Origin: Dimorphilus gyrociliatus
Lineage: Eukaryota > Animalia > Annelida
NCBI GenBank assembly: GCA_904063045.1
Contig: CAJFCJ010000024.1
Location: 124,001 to 188,000 of the forward strand
DNA length: 64,000 nt
Reading direction: 5' to 3'
Position numbers and translations under genes: made by a program. Numbering within the stretch: the stretch's first letter is position 1; each line of letters begins with the position of its first letter. This document shows positions 12,649-22,590 of the stretch, piece by piece. The notes under the pieces are model-generated. The model had not been told where the DNA came from, ran no database searches, and saw only the letters and a program-made list of their open reading frames with translations.

Positions 12649-14274
12649 TTATATTTTAAACATATCATACAGCTTTCTTCTTAAAATTTTTGTACTGGAT
12701 GTCAGTGGCCACTCAGTTATAAAAAATATTTTCTTTAAAGTATGCACGACGCCACCTTCCACATCACTTTTAAAATTCTCATTCCAATAGTCTTCAATTT
12801 CTTTATGGGCTTCCGTTTCTTTATGAATCCATTCTTTTTTCAGTTTAACAACTAAGCATAGATGACATCCTAACCTTTCATCCGGTAGACCAAGAACAAC
12901 ACAAATTTCTATACATTTATTATTGTTCATAACATTTTCAAATGGTAATGGATAAGTTTTTAAAGTGGCTATTTTGATAACGTCATTCAATCTACCCTGA
13001 AATTTAATGTTTCCATCATCGGTCATCAATGCTAAATCTCCAGTTTTTATCCATCCATTTTTATTAAGAGTTTTCGAAGTGTTTTCCGGATCATTAAAGT
13101 AGCAGATCATCATCGTCTTATTTCTTACCCAAATTTCTCCAATTTCACCCCTTTCTAAAATATCTCCATTCTCATCGCGAATACTGAATTCAGTTCCAGC
13201 AGGCAATACCGGAAATGGATTTGGATCTTCTTTCGTTCGAGTTTTTAAAAAAGCTCTTCCCATTTCAGTTGAAGCATAAACTTCAACAACTGGTAGAGAA
13301 GGAGCAATTTCCCATATGTGATGTATAGTTGACATACAGATCGCTTGACCGCCGGTAAGTATCACTTTAGCATGTTTGGCAATTAGTCGAAAATCATTTG
13401 GACTATTGACCATATCGCATATTAAATAGGCAAATAAGACTACTCTCGAACAATTCTCCTTTGAAATAATAGTAGCAATATCTTTTGTTGTAAAAGAACC
13501 TTGATTTGAACACGGATAATCTGTCATAACAACCTGTAATCCAGATAAAAATCCAAAAATAAGCGTAAGGCCACCCGAATATGCTAAAGGTCTATCGCTG
13601 AAAATAACATTATCCCCTGCTATAGAATTCATAAGTGCTTTATTTATATTTCCAAGATATTTTTTTTGATGAACCTGAACAAGTTTCGGTTTTCCTACAG
13701 ATCCCGATGTTGTTAATATAATTAGGTCTTCGTCATTTTGAACTCTCGGTAACTTTGGTTTCATTGAACATTCCTTTATTAAATCTTTATAAAGTATAAC
13801 ATTATCTGTAACATTGTCCAATTTCTCATCCTCTATTAGAATAATATGAGAAAGGTCTTGTGCTTTCTTATTGTCTGAAAATCTTTTCCAATAGCTTGAT
13901 AATGTTACTAATCCTTTGAATTTAAAATCATTGAGCAATAAACGCAGAAATTCTGTTCTTGGAGTAAGCAAAGTATTGAAACCCAACCTTTGGAGTCCAA
14001 TAAATGATATAGCAAATTCTGGTCTATTTGGTAAAAGAAGACAATACACATCGCCTTTTTTACCTTTTCCGAAGAGATTATAAGCAAATTGAAGCGATTG
14101 ATTGCTCCATTGAGATCTCGTAAGAGAAGATCGTCTCATACAAGAATCATAAAAAATCATACATTCCTTATTACCTTCTTCTTCGTCGTATCTATCTAGG
14201 AAATAGTCCACAGTATTATACTTGACTTCGTATTCATTTGGATGGTTTTTGCAACAATACGAAAGCTCATTCAT
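12649..14274 (-). CDS. ANL-superfamily adenylate-forming enzyme (acyl-CoA synthetase / luciferase-like), copy 1, intronless, 541 aa
   Basis: The track start is TTG; the ATG is at 14274. AMP-binding motifs TTSGSVGKPK, YASTE, GWIKTGDL, FQGRLNDVIK, and C-terminal catalytic Lys in TSSTKILRR. Confidence 0.9.
   Translation of the reverse strand: MNELSYCCKNHPNEYEVKYNTVDYFLDRYDEEEGNKECMIFYDSCMRRSSLTRSQWSNQSLQFAYNLFGKGKKGDVYCLLLPNRPEFAISFIGLQRLGFNTLLTPRTEFLRLLLNDFKFKGLVTLSSYWKRFSDNKKAQDLSHIILIEDEKLDNVTDNVILYKDLIKECSMKPKLPRVQNDEDLIILTTSGSVGKPKLVQVHQKKYLGNINKALMNSIAGDNVIFSDRPLAYSGGLTLIFGFLSGLQVVMTDYPCSNQGSFTTKDIATIISKENCSRVVLFAYLICDMVNSPNDFRLIAKHAKVILTGGQAICMSTIHHIWEIAPSLPVVEVYASTEMGRAFLKTRTKEDPNPFPVLPAGTEFSIRDENGDILERGEIGEIWVRNKTMMICYFNDPENTSKTLNKNGWIKTGDLALMTDDGNIKFQGRLNDVIKIATLKTYPLPFENVMNNNKCIEICVVLGLPDERLGCHLCLVVKLKKEWIHKETEAHKEIEDYWNENFKSDVEGGVVHTLKKIFFITEWPLTSSTKILRRKLYDMFKI
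13982..14225. repeat. 244-bp segment identical to 16574-16817 (core of the duplicated ANL 5' region)
   Basis: Compared base by base with no mismatch seen; offset 2592. Flanking high identity continues over about 13677-13930 versus 16269-16522. Confidence 0.9.
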
Positions 14275-14717
14275 TTTTTTTTCTAAAGTCAATCTTATTA
14301 AATCTCAACAGTTAAAAGTTATTGTAGGAGGGTGTGATAAAACAAGGCAAATACGCCTGATCCGTATACTTTAGACATTTAATACTAATGTGTTTACAAT
14401 CCATTTGTACTTTTAAACTTTGGGAGGTCAAAAAAGTTCCTTCAATACTATTCTCGTCGTACAATACATATAGAGAAATTTCAGAGTTCTTACTGCATAA
14501 TCAACTGTAGACGGGTCTTAGTTTATTAGTACTACGTAAGCAAGAATGACTAAATTGCGTAATTATTAGTAAAAATCTACGAATGTTCATACATAGTTAT
14601 TTTGTTTGGAAATATTGAATCACCCTTATAATGGCCTACATAAAATCGATAACGCGATATTTTCCTCATTTTCCCTTACAGTGAGTTTTCACAACATATA
14701 CTCCTTTCAGGCCGGCT

Positions 14718-15116
14718 ATGAATACTATTTTGAACGCGTTATGTTTGTTTCTACTGTTGAGTATTTTCTCCATACAGTTATCTTATCAAGTTGTCTGCTA
14801 TGAGTGTAATGCGATTGATAATGACTACTGTAAAGATCAATTCATTGAACAGAATAGCTTCGTTGGAACATGCGAAGGAGTGGCTTGTTTTAAGAGAAAG
14901 ACCTCATATCCAAGTGGAATTCAAGATGTGATTAGAGGATGTAAGAAATATATTAGGGGAGACGACAACACATGTAGATCAGCATCTGTGCCTTACTCGG
15001 ATATAAGACGTGTTAAAGCTGAAGATTGTATTTGCACTGGAGAAAAATGTAATAATTCAAGCAGAGCTACAGTACATGTATTTACTTTCTTAATGATCTT
15101 TCTACATGTTCATTAA
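14718..15116 (+). CDS. Quiver/sleepless-like Ly6 (three-finger) protein 1, predicted secreted and GPI-anchored, 132 aa, intronless
   Basis: Signal peptide; 10-Cys pattern CYEC...C...C...C...RGC...C...CxC...CN; hydrophobic C-terminal tail. Confidence 0.85.
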   Translation: MNTILNALCLFLLLSIFSIQLSYQVVCYECNAIDNDYCKDQFIEQNSFVGTCEGVACFKRKTSYPSGIQDVIRGCKKYIRGDDNTCRSASVPYSDIRRVKAEDCICTGEKCNNSSRATVHVFTFLMIFLHVH

Positions 15117-15155
15117 TGTAAACTACTTTTAGAATAAACTATCAATCATTGACAT

Positions 15156-16866
15156 TTAGATTTTACCAATTTGGCATAAGTTTATCAGCTCCCTTCTCAG
15201 AATTTTTTGACTCGAAGTTAAGGGCCATTTGTTGATAAATAATAATCTGCTGAGTGTAAAAACTTCACCAGACTCTTTATCATTCTTGAAATGTTCATTC
15301 CAAAAGTTCTCAATTTCTCTTCGAGCTTCTGCTCTTTTATCTCTCCATTCTTTCTTCAGTTCAACTATTAAGCACGGTATTGTTCCTAATCTATCATCCG
15401 GCAGACCAATTATTATGCTTATTTCGATACATCTCTGAGTGTTCATTTTATTTTCGATCGGTTGAGGATATTGATTTAAAGTTGCTATCTTTAGAACGTC
15501 GTTAATTCTGCCCTGGAACACAATATCTCCATCGTTGGTAATTAGCGCAAGATCAGCAGTTTTTAACCATCCGCTTGTAGTTATAGTTAAGGAAGTTTGC
15601 ATTGGATCAGTCAAATAATATTTCATTTGCGAAACAGTTCTAACCCATATTTGTCCAATTTGATTTCTATCAGTAACATCTCCGTTCTTATCTCGAATAC
15701 TTAACTCAGCTCCAACTGCTAAAGAAGGAATTGGATTAGGATTTACCTTTGTTCTCATTCTGGAAAAGATCATTCCAGTTTCAGTTGCGGCATAGACGTC
15801 GATAATGGGTATTGCTGGAAAGGTTTCCCATAGACGATGAATAATAGGCATAACAATCTCTTGACCAGAAGTAATAATAACTTTAACACTTTTGGCAAGT
15901 CTTTTAAAACTTTCAATATCGTTTACCATATCGTACAGAAGATAGCCAAAAAATACTGCAGATGTACAGTTTTCAGTAGATATTATGTCGGCAAGATGTT
16001 TAGTTGTTACAGTATCTTAAAAATAAAGAAATTATTATAGATCTGTTAAAAATTTCTTCTATTTGAGTTAATTTTGCTATTAACTCACTTTCATTTGAAC
16101 AAGAATGCTCAGTTGTTATATACTTCATTCCATTCATAAATGAAAATATATAGCCAATACCTCCGGTATATGATAAAGGTCTGTCACTGAAACCCACTCC
16201 TTGATAAACGATACTACCTGATTTAGCAATATTCGTATAAAAATTGATGTAGCCTCTTTGACTCTTTTGAACAAGTTTTGGTTTTCCTACAGATCCCGAT
16301 GTTGTTAATATAATTAGGTCTTCGTCATTTTGAACTCTCGGTAGCTTTGGTTTCACTGAACATTCCTTTATTAAATCTTTGTAAAATATAACATTATTTG
16401 TAACATTGTCCAATTTCTCATCCTCTATTAGAATAATATGAGAAATTTCTTGCGCTTTCCTGTTATCTGAAAATCTTTTCCAATAGCTTGATAATGTTAC
16501 TAATCCTTTGAATTTAAAATCATTTAATATTGACACTAAATGATTTGTACTTGGAGTAAGCAGCGTGTTAAAGCCCAACCTTTGGAGTCCAATAAATGAT
16601 ATAGCAAATTCTGGTCTATTTGGTAAAAGAAGACAATACACATCGCCTTTTTTACCTTTTCCGAAGAGATTATAAGCAAATTGAAGCGATTGATTGCTCC
16701 ATTGAGATCTCGTAAGAGAAGATCGTCTCATACAAGAATCATAAAAAATCATACATTCCTTATTACCTTCTTCTTCGTCGTATCTATCTAGGAAATAGTC
16801 CACAGTATTATACTTGATTTCGTATCCAGCTGGTATATTTCCTTTAGCGTAGGAGAGGTTTTCCAT
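15156..16866 (-). CDS. ANL-superfamily acyl-CoA synthetase / luciferase-like enzyme, copy 2, 2 exons, 545 aa (intact)
   Basis: ORFs 16000..16866 and 15156..15929 are joined by a 73-nt phase-1 intron 16088-16016 (GTGAGT...TTTTAAG). The spliced CDS is 1638 nt, in frame and colinear with copy 1, with the same motifs (TTSGSVGKPK, YAATE, GWLKTADL, TSSQKILRR). Confidence 0.9.
16574..16817. repeat. 244-bp segment identical to 13982-14225
   Basis: Second copy of the tract above. Confidence 0.9.
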
Positions 16867-17321
16867 GCCTTAAATATAGGTCAAAAAATCAGAAATAATT
16901 GATAAATGTAACCAAAATTTACACGTAAGCTTTTATTCTTAAAGCAATACTTGTTGCTGCCAAAAATCGATGTATTTATCACTGTTTTTCTTTTTTTTTT
17001 ATCAATTTTTTAGTAAAATTACCAAACAGCTTATTATAACTAGGCCTAACCGATTGGTCTTTTTTTCTTTATACAGTATATTGAAACATGTAGACATACA
17101 TTGATTTTTTTTTCTTTTTTACAATACAATTTTTTGTTTAGGCCTATTCTACTTCAAGAATTTATCTAACATAGCGTTACGTCGTCCTGATAATAGACTT
17201 AAGTAAGATAGATAAGAAATATTAGTTAATTGTAGATAATATTATTTTCTTTTGCTCGTTTCTGACATATTTATACCGCTTGTAATTTGTACTTTAGTGA
17301 GAGAGACGACATAATAGGAAT

Positions 17322-17809
17322 ATGAATACAATTTCTATATATTTATTGTTATTTTCTTTAGCGTTTCCATTAATACTATCGGATTCGTTTAGAAATAATG
17401 AAGAATTAAAAACTGGTATATTTTAATTTATTGTATTTTTTATTAATATAAATATATAAACAGTGTATTTATCTATTGATTTAAAAATGAATTAGTTAAG
17501 AAGGTAAAGTGCTTCAAATGTAATTCTAATGAAGATGGAAGATGTTTCGATCAGTTTAATACTAACTATACGAACACTTGCGAAGGAATTGCCTGTTATA
17601 AATCTATAACAAAATTAAGGAGAAAAAGTTTGGATGTCTTCAGAGGATGTAGAATGCATGTATTACCCGAAAATGAATGTTTTGGAAAATCGGGCCAATT
17701 AATAGCTTATCGATGTTTTTGTACCAAAGACTTTTGTAATAATGGAAATCAGTTAGTCGTATTTAACGGTCTCATTTTGGTTTTATATTTACTCTATAGT
17801 TTGTTCTAA
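17322..17809 (+). CDS. Quiver/sleepless-like Ly6 protein 2, 2 exons, 135 aa (absent from the ORF track)
   Basis: Exons 17322-17415 (MNTISIYLLLFSLAFPLILS...) and 17496-17809 (VKCFKCNSNEDGRCFDQF...TCEGIACYK...RGC...EC...CFCTKDFCNN plus hydrophobic tail); 408 nt in frame. Confidence 0.85.
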
Positions 17810-17934
17810 ATTAATTAAATAAACAAGATAATACAATCATTCAAACAATACCTCTATCATTTGTTTGAATATTCCATCTAGTATAAATTGAAAGGATTAT
17901 AGTTATATTACATTTTCGTCTTCTTTCATCCGAC

Positions 17935-18348
17935 ATGAACATGTTCAAATTATGTCAATGGGCATTATTCATTTTTTCTGTGTTGTTGTTATTTCAACAA
18001 GTTTTACCGGAAGTTACATGCTATTCATGTAATTCTCTGACTAATGACTTTTGTCAAGATGAATTTCAAGGGGAAGGATTAGTCGATATTTGTACAGGTG
18101 TAGCTTGCTTTAAGAGAAAAACTTCATACGGAAATATCGTTAAAGATGTGATTAGAGGCTGCAAACAGAAACTTCGTACCAAAGAAAATTTTTGCGATTC
18201 ATCAACAATTCCACTAAACAGATTAGCGAGAAGAATTGAATCATTCAATTGCTTGTGTACAAAAGATAATTGTAACTATGGCAATAGATTAAGTATAAAC
18301 TTAATAATTCTTCTATTAATAAATAAAATATATTATTTATTAATATAA
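17935..18348 (+). CDS. Quiver/sleepless-like Ly6 protein 3, 137 aa, intronless
   Basis: Signal peptide, 10-Cys three-finger pattern (CYSC...CLCTKDNCN) and hydrophobic tail. Shares CxGVACFKRKTSY...DVIRGCK with Ly6 protein 1. Confidence 0.85.
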   Translation: MNMFKLCQWALFIFSVLLLFQQVLPEVTCYSCNSLTNDFCQDEFQGEGLVDICTGVACFKRKTSYGNIVKDVIRGCKQKLRTKENFCDSSTIPLNRLARRIESFNCLCTKDNCNYGNRLSINLIILLLINKIYYLLI

Positions 18349-19641
18349 AAATATATATCTAAATCATCATTCAATAATCTTAAATTCTCAATTGATAACT
18401 GTTCAATAATTCCATTCAATTCTAATTTACTTAAATATTTATCCTGAAAAAGTATAAAACAAAGAATTATTAATGAAAAAATCTGTTATTTTCTTCTGCT
18501 TCTTTTTTTTTTAATAAAAAAAACTTTTACTTTATTTCTATTTGCTTTTAAAAATAATTCATTCGTTCTAGTTTTTGTATAAAGTCTAGAATCTATTTTT
18601 ATCCATTCTCTTATTTCGTTTCTATTTAAATATCCGTCGTTGTCTTTATCTCTTAACTTTGAAAAGTCTTTGGTTAATTCGAAAACATCTTCTTCATCAG
18701 TTGGCATTGAAATTTCTTTTTTTTTAAATTTTTTCTTAAGAGATTAGCAAATCTATGAGATTTAATTAATCTTACTAATGTACTCGGATAGGCTAATTAA
18801 ATTGTCATTGTTCGAATCGAATTCTTTAATTGTTTCCTAATTTAATAATTTTCAAGTAATAATTACATATCGATATCATTTGTTGTTTATTTGTTTATTT
18901 ACATCAATGACTGCGTCACTCATAAATGGGAAATCTTCTGGATGAAGGAAATAATGCCATTCTTGAAAATTTAAACAACTATCACCATCTGTATCTGCAT
19001 ATTTCCATCTATTCTTATTTCTATTTAGTACTCTACTATATTCAATATCTACGTTAATTAACATATCATTAATAAAACTAAGACAAATCAATTATTAGTA
19101 CCTATCTCTAAACTAGTATCTTTATATTGTAACCATGACAATTTATTATTATTCACTTGCTTTAGATTCTTATAATAGGCCTAATTATATATATATATAA
19201 TCAATTTAATATAGAGATATATAAGGATAATGTACTTTCCAAAGCATTTCTGATTCAAGAACTAATCTTCTACATTCAATTTTATATAAGAAATTTTCAA
19301 GCTCTTTCTCGCTAATGTGTTTATCATTGTTTGTATCAATTTTAATAAATACATTATCTCTAAGATAAGAATATTAATGAAAGCTTAAATGAGGTTAGTT
19401 ATATTAATTATACAACTAATAAATAAATTAATTAATTAACTTACAAATTAAACTTAATCTTTTGTTTTCTTTCTTTATATTCAATCTATATTTTAGTGAT
19501 TATATTATACCTTTCTTTCTATATTTAAATTTTTACCTTTTTCAATTGATTTTTTGCCTTTTCTAGCCAATTTTTGTTTACTTTTGTATTAATTACCGAA
19601 AAATGAGTTAAAAGTATAAAATAGAGAACTAATTTCGTCAT
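18333..19641 (-). CDS. CREC-family (calumenin/reticulocalbin-like) secretory-pathway multi-EF-hand protein, divergent
   Basis: Signal peptide MTKLVLYFILLTHFSVIN; EF loops DTNNDKHISEKE, DTDGDSCLNFQE, DSNNDNLISLSE, DKDNDGYLNRNE, NRNKDKYLSKLE; CREC motif FLHPED. About 8 short exons; one junction near 18716-18735 needs an alternative acceptor or a homopolymer correction. Confidence 0.78.
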
Positions 19642-19768
19642 TTTCTCCTTTGTTATTAAATTATAAAAAGAGAAAGAATGACGTCAATTCTTCTTTCGAA
19701 TTGTAAAGAGGACGGGGTCAAGTATCTTTTTAATATAGTTTCATATAGAAAAGTCTCAAAAATTAGCG

Positions 19769-21358
19769 ATGGATTGGGATGCTATGCGACTAGAATTGAA
19801 ACAAAGCGGTTTAGCTAATCATCTTATCGAAGAGAAAATTAATCAAATCAAATCAATTATGGGCATTAATGAGGTTAATATATTCATTTATATTAAAATT
19901 TCAAAGTATATTTTTATTTTTCGTAAAGCCAAAACTTCTTTCCCGCCCATCTAATCATTCTCGACCTCCTTCCCTCTCTCCTACTCAACAACAGTCAAAG
20001 AAAACTATTAAAATCAAGGTAATATTGGTAATTATAAATTAGATGTTATTAGTAAAACTCCAATATTTTAGTCGACCAAATCTCAACATTTAAAGAAGGT
20101 TGCTCTTATGGAAAAGAAGAAAATTTCAGATCCGGGAAAAAGTTTTAAAAAGAAGGTTAATCCGCTTATAAAATATCATTCAAAAAACAAATCTAGTAGT
20201 GTAAATAAGGGAAGTAAAATTCCCAAGAAAGTTGATGATAATCCGAAACAAAAGATTAATTCTTCCGATTCAAAAAGAATTAACAGTACAGAATTAAAAG
20301 GAAGGAAGACGCCCGTTCAAAAGAATCCTAGCTTAAGGGAAATGAAAGAAGAATTAGAAATACGTAATTTTTCAAGGAGTTTAATTAATTCGTTTAACTA
20401 ACTAATACATACATAAAATATGCTCAGATCTAGGAAATATTGAAGGTAAATCTCCCGAGTGGGTCAGAGAAACTTGGACCTTTGTTTTTATGAACGACGA
20501 TGAAGATGAACCTATTAGGCGACCTTTAAAGAATATATCAAACGAAAGAAGTGTTAAAGTTGAAAATACAGAATATCGTGAACCAACGCCGTTTGCTGAT
20601 TCAAAAGCTGATAATAATTTAAAGATATCAGCTGAAATTCGCAGACGAATGGTTGAAAATAAAAAACAGCCTTTGAAAGGACCAACCACCTTGTCTGTTT
20701 TACATAGACCTAAAAAAATTGGATATGAGATTATCTTCGAAGAAACAGAAGATCAGTTGAGAAGAGAGAGAGCTATACCGAGATACGGCCAGGCAATCAT
20801 ATGCAAAATAAACGATTGTGTATCGTATAAGCCAACCGAACAGAAATTAATGTATAGGTCTCAAAGAGCTATAGAATACGGATTTATAACGGTTAGAACG
20901 ATAGACACGTTAGATCCAAAGATACCTAAATCTTTTCTAAAGTGGAAAAAGAAGCATTGTAGAACCTCTGAATTCGGAAAATCGCCAATTTGTCGGAGTT
21001 TACTCTCAAGGAATGAAGTTCATTATTATATTTAATAGACGCTTTCGATTAGAAAAACTATAAACTTCATTCCTTTAGATCTAAAAATCCATCAAAGAGA
21101 AGTAGAACATTATCGAATCCAAGGAATACTCTTGAATGTGCCGAAACAGGAAGCTTAAACGATCTTAAAGTGAAAAATGATCTTCATCATCAAAAAGTTT
21201 TAAAAAATTCAGAAAAAGATTCAACATCAAAAAAAAGAAAGGCTAAAGATAAACAAGCAGGGTCTAAGAAGCCAGCTAAAGAGGATAAAAGAGGATCGAG
21301 AAGATCCATTAGATTATCAAGTAAACCAAGAATAAATTATTCAGAAATGGATATTTAA
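19769..21358 (+). CDS. Uncharacterised basic, probably nuclear protein, 5 exons, 449 aa if the last intron uses a GA donor
   Basis: Exons 19769-19873, 19929-20018, 20072-20363, 20428-21010 and 21079-21358 give 1350 nt in frame. K/R-rich NLS-like tracts; C-terminal RRSIRLSSKPRINYSE. No family recognised. Confidence 0.65.
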
Positions 21359-21445
21359 CGTTTTTAATTATTTATATTTAATTTTAATTTGGGTATAAAT
21401 TCAAATTTATCTTAAAGACGTTTTATCTATATGGTTTACAACGAT

Positions 21446-22590
21446 TTACCTATCACAATAGTGAATTCTTTCAGCTTCGTCTTGTAATTTGTGTAATTCT
21501 TCTTGTATTTTGTCAGCTAAACCTTTCCAAATTTGTTGCTATATTCAAAGGTAGAGAAAGAGAAATTATATATATATATATGTATATGTAGAGTTTATAT
21601 TAAAATTTTGTCATAAATTCTTACCGGTTGCTTTGACGTTTCTCTAAGCTGTCTTAATAAACCACTTAAATAAATAGGCTTTCCGACGACTAAAGTAACT
21701 TTCTGTAATGATTAGTAAAATCTGATTGTTGAAATAACTTATAAAGTATGTTTAACCTTTCCAACACGAGGAAAATATGGTTCCTTATTAGGCAGTATAT
21801 CGTCCATACCACAGTGCCAGATTGGTAGGATTATTGGTAATGTTTTGGCGTCTTGAATTAAACGCCCAACTCCTAAGATGAGAAGTGAATGTTCGATTTA
21901 TTAACTATATGTTTCAAGGAAAAAACGTATTTGAATTATAAACTAACCCCATTTGATGCGTTTCTTTTCGTGCGTCTCATTAACACCACCTTCAACAAAC
22001 AAATGGATCCAACTACCTTCATTTAGTCTCTGCAAAATATATTGCATACTAGGTTGAAAAACTCCATTCCCTCTGATAACGGGTAAAACTCTTCCCAGAG
22101 CAAAAAAATAGGAAAACAATTTATTTGTATAGCATATTTCTGAAGCTCCTAAAGCCCATCTCATCTTGTCATTTGTAAATGTGAGAATATTAAGTGGCAT
22201 ATTACCTTTAGACAATTAAAAGTAAGAATACAAGTAATTAGTTTATATTAGTAATATATATATTAAGTTAATTACCAAATAGTACTGGATCGTCTAAACA
22301 TGAGTGATGATTGCTTACAGTAATTAAACCAACTTTTTCGTCTCGGTTTTTAACAAGATCCATTAATTGATCCATATCAACACAATTTGTTCTATTTAAA
22401 ATATCTATAAGATAAAAATTAGAGCACTTTAGTGACATTAGCTTGTACAATGACCAATTATTAATTATTACGAACTGCACCAAAATTTCGAAATTGCGCC
22501 TACAAGAGATATGCAAATCTTGCTAGAGATTTTCCATGTTCTTGGATTTCTTTGAGCAACGTCGAAAGGCCAAGGAGGACTAGGCTTCAT
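21446..22590 (-). CDS. TAZ: Tafazzin (cardiolipin transacylase), 6 coding exons
   Basis: N-terminus [10 protein letters not shown]...[19 protein letters not shown]; acyltransferase motif [10 protein letters not shown]; [10 protein letters not shown]; [10 protein letters not shown]; KWGVGRLI; [17 protein letters not shown]. All junctions GT-AG. Confidence 0.95.

Noticed and set aside
15929-16088. ANL copy 2 as a frameshifted pseudogene (two ORFs in the track)
   Set aside because: A canonical 73-nt GT-AG intron joins the ORFs in frame and restores exact colinearity with copy 1.
12649-16866. Calling the ANL genes bona fide luciferases
   Set aside because: Luciferase activity cannot be inferred from the fold; most luciferase-like ANL proteins are acyl-CoA synthetases.
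18715-18735. Apparent 1-nt frameshift in the CREC gene
   Set aside because: It lies in A/T homopolymer runs, and an alternative AG at 18717-18716 restores the frame. A homopolymer error or alternative acceptor is more likely than pseudogenisation.
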